Under the pieces are notes generated by a model. The model saw nothing but the letters and a program-made list of their open reading frames with translations, was not told the DNA's origin and made no database searches. A DNA stretch of 64,000 nucleotides from Barthelona sp. PCE (Eukaryota), in assembly GCA_040285745.1 (NCBI GenBank), contig JAUFOR010000002.1, positions 1,426,001 to 1,490,000 of the forward strand, read 5' to 3'. Within the stretch, counting starts at the first letter, position 1, and each line of letters begins with the position of its first letter. Positions 20,563 to 30,208 of this stretch are shown here, piece after piece. The position numbers and the translations under genes are program-made.

Positions 20563-21231
20563 TTAACAAACATCCTTAACCAGAACATCCTTAGTAGGCA
20601 TGTAAAGCTTGTTGGAGTGGTTGTTCTTGTAAATAAGACACTTAATGTTGACCAAAAAGGTAGTGTAAGTCTTCTCAGTGTGATCAACACCGAAACGGGT
20701 AAGGAGACGGTTGTAAAGGGTTTTGAGAGATTCATCAGTGTTGTTCTCCATCAGGTCAAGGTCTTGCTCATTGATATCATCCATGGTGAACTGAACAGTG
20801 TTGTTACCGGTATGATTGTGGCTCATGTAGATGTTGACAGAACCCATGTACTTGGTGGGGTACTGCTTGAACTGATAGAAGTGAACGTAAACATCAGCAT
20901 GGAAGTTGGATTGGTTGTAAAAAGCATTAGCAAATGTGAAAGTGGCGCTGGAGATATCGGTTTGGATGTTCATCTGGAAGTAGTTGGGATCCTGACCAAT
21001 GAAGATTGCGGAAGTGCTGTTTGCAAAGGCTGTTTTACCATAGGAAGTCGTATTGAGACCACCAAAGACATAGGTAAGATTGTTCATAGGCATGACAGTG
21101 ATACCAAAGGCGGCAAATCCTGATTGGGTGTAAACAAAATCACCACAGGAACAAATTCCAGGATTGTTGTAGCATTGGGCAGCAACGGTGGCAAAAATTG
21201 CGGCAAAGATAACAAAAACGGCTGTCTTCAT
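20563..21231 (-). CDS. Secreted hypothetical protein
   Basis: Signal peptide MKTAVFVIFAAIFATVAA, several N-x-S/T sequons and C-ending-biased codons. Confidence 0.8.
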   Translation of the reverse strand: MKTAVFVIFAAIFATVAAQCYNNPGICSCGDFVYTQSGFAAFGITVMPMNNLTYVFGGLNTTSYGKTAFANSTSAIFIGQDPNYFQMNIQTDISSATFTFANAFYNQSNFHADVYVHFYQFKQYPTKYMGSVNIYMSHNHTGNNTVQFTMDDINEQDLDLMENNTDESLKTLYNRLLTRFGVDHTEKTYTTFLVNIKCLIYKNNHSNKLYMPTKDVLVKDVC

Positions 21232-21818
21232 TTATAAAGAGGGAAAATTTGCTAAAGTAGTTGAGTGTTATGTTTGCTGTGCTTGGAGGGTTGTTTTGTT
21301 GCTAATATCACAGTTGAAGATGTTTGTATAATTGTAGGATGAAACTAACAATTGTTTTTTTTACAACTTTGTATTAACATTATATTTGAATGTATGCACT
21401 CACTGTACAAATTATGAATAAAACGGGTATACCGATTCTACGAGTCGATACATCAAGAAGATCTTCCACTAGGAGGATCTCTAAAATACCAACAGACACG
21501 AATGGGAAAGTCTAAGTCGTATTGCAGCTTCAATGAGTAAAATACCCGAAGGCTTTCACTGAAGCGGATAGGAGACTATATTGATTAATAGTTAGGATAT
21601 TCGTAAGAATATCCAAAACAGGTTCTTTATTATACTGTTCAGTTCCTACACTGTTCATGCATCATTCATCCTCTAGATTTAGTGATGAGGACACTTAAAA
21701 ATTCAAAATTTCAAGGTTTCAGTTTTTATTATTTCATAGCAAAATGATTTAGGCTCCTTTTGAATAAAAATATAACCACTGCATTATTTATGTATTGTTT
21801 TCAGTCGTAATATTGCGA

Positions 21819-22697
21819 CTATTTAAGCCCTTTTTCCTTCAACAAAAGGTACTGCCTTAAAACCAGATCAGAAAAAAAGAATTGCAGGATAACCTGACCG
21901 GGTAGCAATATTAGATCACCGTTATTGAGGAATACAGTCTGTGTGATCTCAGTATCATTCACATACAACCAATTTTTTCCGAATTTCTTTAATTCAAAAC
22001 ATTTTTTCTCGCAATTTAACCTAATAGCAAAATGTAACTTACTGACGAGAGGACAAATGCCTTCATTTGACAGATTAATGTGAGCTTTCTTGCTTCTGCC
22101 AACAGTGACACATTCATGAATTCCGTAGAAGCAATCAAATCTTCCTTGCAGAGAAAACAGAATGGGAAGCGTGAAAGGAAGTTCATTTCTGTCATATTTA
22201 GGAAGATTACTGTCCTTAAGCTGCGGTATATTGTTGGCATCAACTAACCATGTGTCGGTCTTTTTCTGTACCCCGCTCCCCTTCTTTCTGATCTTATAAT
22301 AGCGTCCTTCCATGGTCTTTGGTGTTCTAGTGGGGTGAAAAACATGTCTAAAGTTAATAAGCACATCTTGTAATGGCATTTTTGGACGGTTGATTAGCAT
22401 AGTCTGATCCTCTTCTGCTGTCCATGCAACACGCTTGCTCTGCACATGAGGCTTGATCGAGCTAATGTCATACTTTAAAGGTGCGACACCGTACAACCAA
22501 CCAAATAAACGACTGTTAATGTCATGCATTGGGTATGTTTTCTGTAGATTTGTAAGGTTTCCCTTATAGTTGTTTGACTGACAAAGGTCCAACAGTTCCT
22601 GGTCTTGCTTACCACTGAATTGAATTGTTTTTGCACGTTCTTCCATACTTATCTCTTCACTTTTTGGTGACGCTCCCGCGGAATCAACTTCTTCCAT
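21819..22697 (-). CDS. Microspherule protein 1 (MCRS1)-like FHA-domain protein
   Basis: WTAEEDQ...FRHVFHPTRTPKTME..Y followed by a C-terminal FHA domain (VTVGRS...INLSNEG...VSKLHFAI...GKNWLYVND). Confidence 0.72.
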   Translation of the reverse strand: MEEVDSAGASPKSEEISMEERAKTIQFSGKQDQELLDLCQSNNYKGNLTNLQKTYPMHDINSRLFGWLYGVAPLKYDISSIKPHVQSKRVAWTAEEDQTMLINRPKMPLQDVLINFRHVFHPTRTPKTMEGRYYKIRKKGSGVQKKTDTWLVDANNIPQLKDSNLPKYDRNELPFTLPILFSLQGRFDCFYGIHECVTVGRSKKAHINLSNEGICPLVSKLHFAIRLNCEKKCFELKKFGKNWLYVNDTEITQTVFLNNGDLILLPGQVILQFFFSDLVLRQYLLLKEKGLK

Positions 22698-23138
22698 GAT
22701 CTTGATACCCCAATAATGTGTGTAATGTGAAAGTGGTAGATTTTGGTAAGACAGCTCTTTGTTTGGAAAATTGTATCTCAAGGACCCTTATTTGACCAAC
22801 TTCAGCCCTTAAAAGGATGGTATGCCAAATTGAAATGCTGAATAAGTAGAATTGAAAGGCAGGCAATACTGTTTGTGATTGTTTTTGTATTTTGTGTAAC
22901 ATAGCCGTGCCAATATCGCTGAAACGAGGGCAAAACCTCTGAGAATCATGCTAACGATCTTGACGACGTAAATATATTGTTGTGGATTAGGTCGGTATTT
23001 AGCTAGATAAATATGTTGAAGTAACAAGTTATATTTATAGTAGAGCGGCATTATCAGGATCAACAATGTTTATTGGGAAAATATGGTGATTTCGTTACTT
23101 TTCTCCTTTTCTTTTATCTAAATTCACAAGTTATTACC

Positions 23139-24842
23139 ATGGATCCAAATGTCATGGTGATAGGCCAGTCTGACGAACTCAGTAATTCGCAGTTCCAAGC
23201 CAGCAACAAGATTCAACCATATCCAATCGAAACACTTCTTGCACAAATTCGCAACGAAAAAGTCCACACTAAGCAACCAGTGCAACCAGTGCAGGCAATA
23301 CAGCCAATTCAGGGTTATCAGATTACTGATTCTAAGAGCGCTTCACCTCAATATCTACAATTTCAAAACGTTCCCAACATGCAAGGGAGCGTTCAGGGTA
23401 TGCAAAGAATGCAAGGTATACAGGGAGTTCAGAACATGCAAAACGTACAGGGAATGCAAAATATGCAGATTGTACAAGGTGTTCAAAATATGCAGAACTT
23501 ACAAGGTATGCAGCCTATGCAAGGGTTTCCCAACCTTCCAGTTTATCACACGCTTCCTACCAATACGGCTACTATGAACAATTTTCTGACAACGTTCCGT
23601 GCATACCAGCCACTGTTTTTGGTGTCATCCCCAAACCCCATGCAGGTGCAACCGCCCGTGATGCCCCCAGAGAAGCCATCCGAAGCCAAGCTGGACCTTT
23701 CGTTTAAGAAGGATCCTGTGACTCGTAAGAATTACTCAAGCCTCGTCACAGAGGCATCCAACGTCCACGACGGCGGTGTTGCGCAGGTTGCCATCCCGGC
23801 AGACCAAGCAGAGGTTGAACTCGTCAGCTCCAAGTCGAAACGCAAGAAAGTTACGTATTATGACAGCATGGCGTTGGATGACGGTTGGCATTGGCGGAAA
23901 TACGGGCAGAAGTTCAATAAGAGCAACCCGTTTCCGACATGTTACTATAAGTGCGCGTTCCCAAAGTGTCCAGCTAAGAAGCAGGTCTTCAAGGATTCTA
24001 AGACGAACAAGATCGTTTTTGTTTACAGGCATCAGCACAACCATAGGCGTCCGCGTGTCAAGCAAATGGTTGTCAGCACAACAGAGCAGCTCAGGATGGA
24101 GGTTGAGAAGAATACCTATCGTGATGAGGTCATTTATGGAGAGAAGCACGTTGTTAACTCCGTGCTCAGTGACATTGTCCAAGGAATCGCAACCAACTTC
24201 AGCGAGAGCAAGAAACGCGGTCGATCTGTATACCCACAACAGCGCTTTGTTGTTGAAATAGAGCCTGAAAAAGTTAATATTGTGGATCATTGCAACGATG
24301 GCTTTTCGTGGAAAAAGTATGGTCAGAAAACTGTCAAGGGCTCAAGCGTTGCAAAGGCTTATTTTAGATGCGCTGTGCCCACGTGTCCGGCGAAGAAGTT
24401 GGTGCAAATGCCAGCATCTGAGGACAGTACGAATAGATCCATCCTGGTAACATACGAGCACTGTCACAACCATTGCAAGTCTATCACAAGGGCAATGCCT
24501 GTTGCTGAAGGTCTCCCCACAAAGGCTCAGGCTGTTCGCCGTAAAAAAGGCCGTCGACGCCGTAGCGCAAAGCCTCGTGCCTCGCGTAGGGCATCATCTA
24601 CAGCGCCAAAGCTTGAAATGTCATTAGATATCCCAACCAAAGAGGAGGAGAGTCTTGTTCTTCATGATTTACAACCTTCCAGCAGTGTAGCGCCTTCTAT
24701 GAGTCCCAGTCTTAGTATGAGCATGTCTTTCGATCCAGAAGACCTAATGCGCCCCTCAGAATCTGTTTATTTTGAGCCTGATCAGTATCCCTTGCCTTCA
24801 TTCAGTTTTTCTTTTGATAACATCTTTACGGAACCATTCTAA
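23139..24842 (+). CDS. WRKY transcription factor with two WRKY domains
   Basis: DDGWHWRKYGQK...CAFPKC...HNH and NDGFSWKKYGQK...CAVPTC...HNH, with a Q-rich N-terminus and an acidic C-terminus. Confidence 0.95.
   Translation: MDPNVMVIGQSDELSNSQFQASNKIQPYPIETLLAQIRNEKVHTKQPVQPVQAIQPIQGYQITDSKSASPQYLQFQNVPNMQGSVQGMQRMQGIQGVQNMQNVQGMQNMQIVQGVQNMQNLQGMQPMQGFPNLPVYHTLPTNTATMNNFLTTFRAYQPLFLVSSPNPMQVQPPVMPPEKPSEAKLDLSFKKDPVTRKNYSSLVTEASNVHDGGVAQVAIPADQAEVELVSSKSKRKKVTYYDSMALDDGWHWRKYGQKFNKSNPFPTCYYKCAFPKCPAKKQVFKDSKTNKIVFVYRHQHNHRRPRVKQMVVSTTEQLRMEVEKNTYRDEVIYGEKHVVNSVLSDIVQGIATNFSESKKRGRSVYPQQRFVVEIEPEKVNIVDHCNDGFSWKKYGQKTVKGSSVAKAYFRCAVPTCPAKKLVQMPASEDSTNRSILVTYEHCHNHCKSITRAMPVAEGLPTKAQAVRRKKGRRRRSAKPRASRRASSTAPKLEMSLDIPTKEEESLVLHDLQPSSSVAPSMSPSLSMSMSFDPEDLMRPSESVYFEPDQYPLPSFSFSFDNIFTEPF
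23379..23525 (+). repeat. Degenerate 9-nt coding repeat ([M/V/I/L]-Q-x tripeptide) in WRKY N-terminus
   Basis: MQG S VQG MQR MQG IQG VQN MQN VQG MQN MQI VQG VQN MQN LQG MQP MQG. Confidence 0.85.
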
Positions 24843-24849
24843 CCATTCC

Positions 24850-24873
24850 TTCCCCTTCCCCTTCCCCTTCCCC
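24850..24873 (-). repeat. (GGGGAA)4 on minus strand; G-quadruplex-type motif
   Basis: Plus strand reads TTCCCC four times exactly, between two convergent stop codons. Confidence 0.85.
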
Positions 24874-24914
24874 TATCCTTACATATACCCATATATTGAA
24901 TAAATATTTATTAA

Positions 24915-26177
24915 TTAGTATCTCCAGATCTTGACCAACCCATCTTTTCCACCTGAAACAAGGAAGGTTCCGTCGTGTGCCCAATCCATGGCGTAAATTT
25001 CATCTCGATGTCCACTGAGATCGCTCACAAGTTTCCCAGTAGTAACATCCCATATCTTGACGGTCGAGTCACCGCTACAGCTCGCCAACAGATGAGAGTC
25101 TTTCGCCCATGCCAAGAGATAGACCTCCTTGACGTGGCCGCGTAGATTCTTAATGAATGTGCCTTGAGGGTTCCAAATTTTTATGGCCTTGTCAAAACTA
25201 CAGCTGGCTAAAAACCGGCCATTTGGCGAGAATTTGATGTCTGTAACGGGGCGTTGATGCCCGGTAAGCTTCTTTACCGGTCTCCTACTGTCAATATTCC
25301 ATAAAATAACAACAAAATCATCACTGCAACTCACAAAATGATGCTCATCACGCACGTCTATTCTGTTCACCCAATGCGCGTGGCCCGTGAATGTCTGCAC
25401 AACCTGGCCTGTCATCCAGTTCCACATGATGATCGATCTGTCCTCGCTGCCAGTGAGTAGATAATCCCCCATTTGCGCTAGGCAACGTACCGTTTTTGTG
25501 TGTGTGGTCAAAGTGAACGTCCGCCTGCCCGTGCGTGTATTCCAGATGCGAACAGTCGTGTCTTTGGAAGCAGAAGCAAGCGTCTCGGTGTTCAGGAATG
25601 TCATGCTGGTTATGAATTTTGTATGACCTTGAAGAGTCCTGCTTGATTTGTCTGACATGCGCCACACAACTACCTTACCGTCTCTATCGCCGGATGCCAG
25701 ATATTGACCATCAGGAGACCATGCAAGCGCTAAAATATTTGCAGTGTGACCTTCAAGGCTTGAGAATGGGAGTTGCATACCGCTCATCCATACGTGCACC
25801 TTCCTGTCGGCGCCAGCTGTTGCGAAGTAACGTGTATCAGGTGATATTGAGCATGTTAGGACAGGTCCGTTGTGTGCAGGAATTGTGCTTGAGCAACGGG
25901 TAGCTGGACGTACTCTAAAGAGGCTCTCCTTCTGATAGACGATCTCTACTGTTGTTTCAGTGCTTTTATCCATCTGGGTAACTAATTCATCTAAAGTACT
26001 TTCAATTTGCTCGTTGTCAACGTAAAATGAGTATTTTTGCACACGATCTTCATCAGCTTCCTCGTCAAGCGAGGTTACTATTGCAGTAAGTTCCTCTATT
26101 CCTACTGATCGTGGAACATTAATCTGTGGCCCAAGAGGGACGCCCTCTTCGTTTATAAGTTGGCAAAAGATGTTCAT
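24915..26177 (-). CDS. NLE1: Notchless / Rsa4 ribosome assembly factor
   Basis: NLE domain (YSFYV...STETTVEIVYQ..LFRVRPATRCSSTI), WD40 repeats, and terminal SGGKDGLVKIWRY. Confidence 0.93.
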   Translation of the reverse strand: MNIFCQLINEEGVPLGPQINVPRSVGIEELTAIVTSLDEEADEDRVQKYSFYVDNEQIESTLDELVTQMDKSTETTVEIVYQKESLFRVRPATRCSSTIPAHNGPVLTCSISPDTRYFATAGADRKVHVWMSGMQLPFSSLEGHTANILALAWSPDGQYLASGDRDGKVVVWRMSDKSSRTLQGHTKFITSMTFLNTETLASASKDTTVRIWNTRTGRRTFTLTTHTKTVRCLAQMGDYLLTGSEDRSIIMWNWMTGQVVQTFTGHAHWVNRIDVRDEHHFVSCSDDFVVILWNIDSRRPVKKLTGHQRPVTDIKFSPNGRFLASCSFDKAIKIWNPQGTFIKNLRGHVKEVYLLAWAKDSHLLASCSGDSTVKIWDVTTGKLVSDLSGHRDEIYAMDWAHDGTFLVSGGKDGLVKIWRY

Positions 26178-27229
26178 ATCCCTAGTTTAAATGCTGAATG
26201 AGTGCGATAAAGGTTGAAATAAATGAACCAGGACTAATTCAATAATGTTGTTTGGAGTAGAATGTTTCACCATTTTTAAGTGACAGGCGCGGTTAATCAA
26301 TTGGGTGGATCGTATTATGGGTCTGTATTTTTTTTGTAGTTGCATTGTTTCACATTAATAGTTTTTCTGGTATATGCGTAGTTTTATAGGTTTTTTGTTT
26401 TCTAAAAATCATGTTTGATTGAGATTCATGGGCACAGGCATCCTACATAGCAGTTTTTTGATTGCTCAAGATCTGAATTAATGTTTTTACTTATTTGGAT
26501 ATTAATACGTTCTTTTTTTATTGAAAATGTGGCTAATTTTGGTTATTGTGACGTAGATATGAAACAATATATGAATTATGAGGTATTTTAATGGTATAAT
26601 GCTTTGTAGCTGTTTTCTAGCTGTTAATATCGATTGTTTAACAACGCAATGCGTCTTATTTGAACTGTTTTTACTATGTATACACGAAATGTTACATAAA
26701 TGATGAGTATTGTAAGAATTTTGTAGTATATTAGTTTTCTTGCAATATGGTGTTCCTATTGAGATAAAATGAATCAAAAGTCCCCACCAAAAGGAGTTCA
26801 TTTGAAAATAACGTTGTCTAAAGCTAAGAATAAAAAAATCTTTTGTGCTAAAATAGTTTTAGACTGAATACTGGTGAAACGGAATGTATATTAGCAAAAA
26901 TCCCTGTATAAAGATAACTTACTAAGTTTATGTGGTAGTAACTCGAGAAATCAATATTTCTTCAAATATATGAACTTGATGCATATTTCAAACGACAAAC
27001 ATACTGAAATTCCTTAGTAAAGTGTTTATTACTTCTATTATCACTATAAAATCAGTTTTAGTTTGAAAATACATAACATTCCTCTATCTATCGTGCGGTC
27101 TGACTTTTGTCACTGAAACTCCGCCGGTTTGTTTGTATAAGCATCATTAGTCACAAATTACAGATTATAAGAACATCTTTTATACTTATTATTTCTAAAC
27201 TCTTTTAAATTATATATTTTACTAAAACA

Positions 27230-27940
27230 ATGAACAGTTTTACCATACAAGGAGTCGCAAAACCCTCATTTCAACCGAGTAATACGTATATTAATGCACC
27301 AATTGGTAAGAAGAGAAATGTCAGAGGTAAAGCATTTACAGCGAACCAATACGCTATATTAACTCGTTATTATGAAATAGTAACTACCAAGCCTAAACAG
27401 GAGCTGATTCATAAGATAGCACAAGAAACTGCACTTCGACCAGCCCAAGTCAAAACATGGTTTCAGAACAATCGTTCGCGTTCTAAAAGAAAGGCAATGA
27501 GCAAGTCTAAGGAGCAAGGCAACCATAACATGATGCAAGGGATGATGCAACCACCTTTTGCTATAGATCCCAAGATGTTTAACATGCAAAATCCTATGTT
27601 TATGAATATTCAAAAATCCAAAAATGCACAAACTATTCAGTCAAAGAAAGAAGGGGCTGACCCTAATGGCAACCCTCAACAAGTCATGAATCCTATGCAA
27701 GCAATGATGTTCCAACAACCTATGCCTTTTTTTCCTTTTATGATGCCAGAGTCACAAAAATCACAGACAGTTGTTCAACCAACAGAAGAACAAGCAAGTA
27801 TTATATCCAGAAGTGGTATCACCCTCGAGGAGGAGATGCTGATGATGGAGGAGAAGATGGACGAAGACATGGCAGAGATCTATGTTCCCAAGGATAACGA
27901 AGAAGAAGAATCTTCATTGAATTTGGTACTCACCCTATAA
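27230..27940 (+). CDS. Homeodomain transcription factor (non-TALE, Q50)
   Basis: FTANQYAIL...IAQETALRPAQVKTWFQNNRSRSKRK followed by M/Q/P-rich and acidic tails. Confidence 0.9.
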   Translation: MNSFTIQGVAKPSFQPSNTYINAPIGKKRNVRGKAFTANQYAILTRYYEIVTTKPKQELIHKIAQETALRPAQVKTWFQNNRSRSKRKAMSKSKEQGNHNMMQGMMQPPFAIDPKMFNMQNPMFMNIQKSKNAQTIQSKKEGADPNGNPQQVMNPMQAMMFQQPMPFFPFMMPESQKSQTVVQPTEEQASIISRSGITLEEEMLMMEEKMDEDMAEIYVPKDNEEEESSLNLVLTL

Positions 27941-28054
27941 GTTTTGTGGAAAGGTTCGCCCCAAGGGGATATATCAAACTAAGAACCTCCACTGTTTTCC
28001 TACAATAAAACATATATTTTTTATTCATTTCAAATATCCACCTTTTTCTTGGGC

Positions 28055-28312
28055 ATGAGCTTTTCCCTTTCTTTAGATCTTTCTTTGGACCCAATCCAGG
28101 AACTTAGTCAAAAGATTGAGAATGAAAGAACTGATTTGAGCGATATTGATGAATTTGTAGCTCATTCACACATTTTGATAAATGAATTGAGGGATTTTGA
28201 GGGGTCTGCGGCCGAGTACATCGAGTTGAACGAACTTTTAAGGTTCTATATTGCCACAACAGTTTCATATGCTTCCGATCGTGTTAAGAAGATTCTGGCT
28301 GAATCAACGTGA
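28055..28312 (+). CDS. Small hypothetical protein
   Basis: 85-aa ATG-initiated acidic, helical-looking ORF. The frame stays open after the TGA (see findings). Confidence 0.5.
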   Translation: MSFSLSLDLSLDPIQELSQKIENERTDLSDIDEFVAHSHILINELRDFEGSAAEYIELNELLRFYIATTVSYASDRVKKILAEST

Positions 28313-28575
28313 TTTATTGATATTGGCATTGAAAGCATGATCGAATCAGTGTTTAACTGGGTAAGACAACGTGATGCGTTCATGTTGTCATATTGAGAGA
28401 GAATATCATTTTTAATACCTGCTTAACAAACAAAGTATTAAGTCTTACCAAAATCTACCACTTGACATTCACACACTCTCACACACATTATTGGGATGTG
28501 CAAAGATGTTCGGATAGGACAGAAGCATTATTGTTATGACTTGTAAATTTTTTTTCTTACTTTTTCTTTGCATAA

Positions 28576-28785
28576 ATGAATACCAAGCACACGGAAACAG
28601 AGGAGTTCAGGGAAATCCTTGGTATAACGAGTGAAATATCAAATATTTTGCAAACAGGCTTAGATTTTGCAACTTTACAGAGCATTCTAGAACTTTCAGA
28701 GCTTGGAGCAAATCCTCAGGGCGTAGTGGAGACTATTAAGCATCTCAGAGAGGTAGGGAAACCGCAGGGATCGAAAACAGAATGA
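28576..28785 (+). CDS. MZT1: MOZART1 gamma-tubulin complex protein
   Basis: EISNILQTGLD..TLQSILELSELGANPQGVVETIKHLR. Confidence 0.9.
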   Translation: MNTKHTETEEFREILGITSEISNILQTGLDFATLQSILELSELGANPQGVVETIKHLREVGKPQGSKTE

Positions 28786-28928
28786 TGAACGCGCGTTTTG
28801 TATATACCCCACTAGTTATCTTGCATGTGATCATATATAGTGATCCTGGCCGGGCCTTGACACATTAGCGTGAATTGTGGCGGAGGAGCAAGAAAAGAAA
28901 ATAAATCACATAGTTTACATTTAATAGC

Positions 28929-30173
28929 TTACATATCATAGTCCTCATGAGTCAGTGCGGTCAGGCTATCTTTAATATCATTTAAAATAGCTAAACGGTG
29001 TTTCTTATTAATACTACTTGTTCTCTTCTGTTCTTTTTGTGGTTGCTCAATCTCTGTTACTGTAGTAGGATGCGTGGGCGTCAGGGGTTCAACGGAATAT
29101 GTGTATGTATTAAGATGAGGCTTTGCTGGAGATGCAGTGAGCTGGTTTAATAATACTTTCTTCTCTGTTTTCAGACTCTCAACCTCCATTTGCTGCTTGA
29201 AATCGTTCAACTCCTCATCTACAATGGATCTAACTGTGTTAGCTATCCTTTTCTCAAGAGCAGCGTCTGCATGCTTTCTGTTTTTAAATTCCTGCTCGAC
29301 ATTGTTGAAGCGCAGCTCAATTCCGCTCAGCTGCTTGACAAGATTAACGGAGTTTTCGTTCTGTCGCGTCTCTATTATATTCACTCTATCTTCCAATTCT
29401 GACACTAATCCGTCGGATTCCAGCGTCGTTTTCAGCTCATCAACTGCATGCAAAAGGTGCTTAAACCTGCTGTTGTGGTGATCTACCTCCTTTGCTAACG
29501 TATTTAATGCACCCTTTACCTCATCTTGCATCATTGTAATCTTTTCTTCGCTGTCTTCAACGCGTCTTAAAGTGTCCATTTGCTGAACATTCCACTCGCC
29601 CATGCTATCAATGACTGTTATAAGTGTATTCCTTATTTCGTTGAATGCAGATCTCTCTTGTTTTTGCTTCTTCCTTTTTTCCTTTTTATGTTGCTCTCGA
29701 ATACGCTCCCTATCGTGTTCCTTTTGCAAGTTCTCCATTTCAAGGTGGTAAAGAGCCTCCTTATCTTGTGCCTCCTTCTGTAAACGCTCAAGTAGGTTCT
29801 GAATCTGCTCTTGACGCTCTTCCAGCTCAATTGCTGCCTGCTTGTTCTCCTCTGCGACTATACGTCGCTGGATGTTGCTTGTGCGGGATGAACGTGACTC
29901 AGTTTCGCTGTCAGAGTCATAAAAAAAATCATCGTTTTCAAATCGCTGTTTTAAACGATTAAGAGCAGGTTTAGGTGTGTCAAGGTTGATTGCACTGTTC
30001 AGGGTCTTGCGTGCTAATAGACTACTGTCCCTATGTGAAGAGCGCCTCCTTTTTTTCCTTTTGTTGATCTGCTTTGCCATAAGTAAATCAGTTAACCCCG
30101 AAACAGCGGTTATTCCATCGTCTTGCTGGCCAAGGAGAGCCTGCAATTGGTTGATAGTTTGTGAAAGGGTCAT
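28929..30173 (-). CDS. Coiled-coil hypothetical protein
   Basis: Long E/K/Q-rich ORF. The first ATG was used as start. Confidence 0.75.
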   Translation of the reverse strand: MTLSQTINQLQALLGQQDDGITAVSGLTDLLMAKQINKRKKRRRSSHRDSSLLARKTLNSAINLDTPKPALNRLKQRFENDDFFYDSDSETESRSSRTSNIQRRIVAEENKQAAIELEERQEQIQNLLERLQKEAQDKEALYHLEMENLQKEHDRERIREQHKKEKRKKQKQERSAFNEIRNTLITVIDSMGEWNVQQMDTLRRVEDSEEKITMMQDEVKGALNTLAKEVDHHNSRFKHLLHAVDELKTTLESDGLVSELEDRVNIIETRQNENSVNLVKQLSGIELRFNNVEQEFKNRKHADAALEKRIANTVRSIVDEELNDFKQQMEVESLKTEKKVLLNQLTASPAKPHLNTYTYSVEPLTPTHPTTVTEIEQPQKEQKRTSSINKKHRLAILNDIKDSLTALTHEDYDM

Positions 30174-30208
30174 ATTTGTTAAAACGTTTACAAACAAGGT
30201 TAAAAAGC

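Noticed and set aside
20617-21123. 168-aa plus-strand ORF and similar antisense ORFs (e.g. 23736-24290, 46280-46990, 35031-35453)
   Set aside because: They are shadows of real genes on the opposite strand, produced by codon bias or low-complexity sequence.
21515-21600. Group I intron Q/R-like words
   Set aside because: There is no room for P8, no proper S element and no host gene.
22792-22797. W-box TTGACC upstream of the WRKY gene (autoregulation)
   Set aside because: A single hexamer is expected by chance.
28782-28900. Box C-like ATGATGA at the MZT1 stop followed by a GC-richer stretch (snoRNA or U3?)
   Set aside because: No canonical CTGA D box, terminal stem or identifiable rRNA guide was found.
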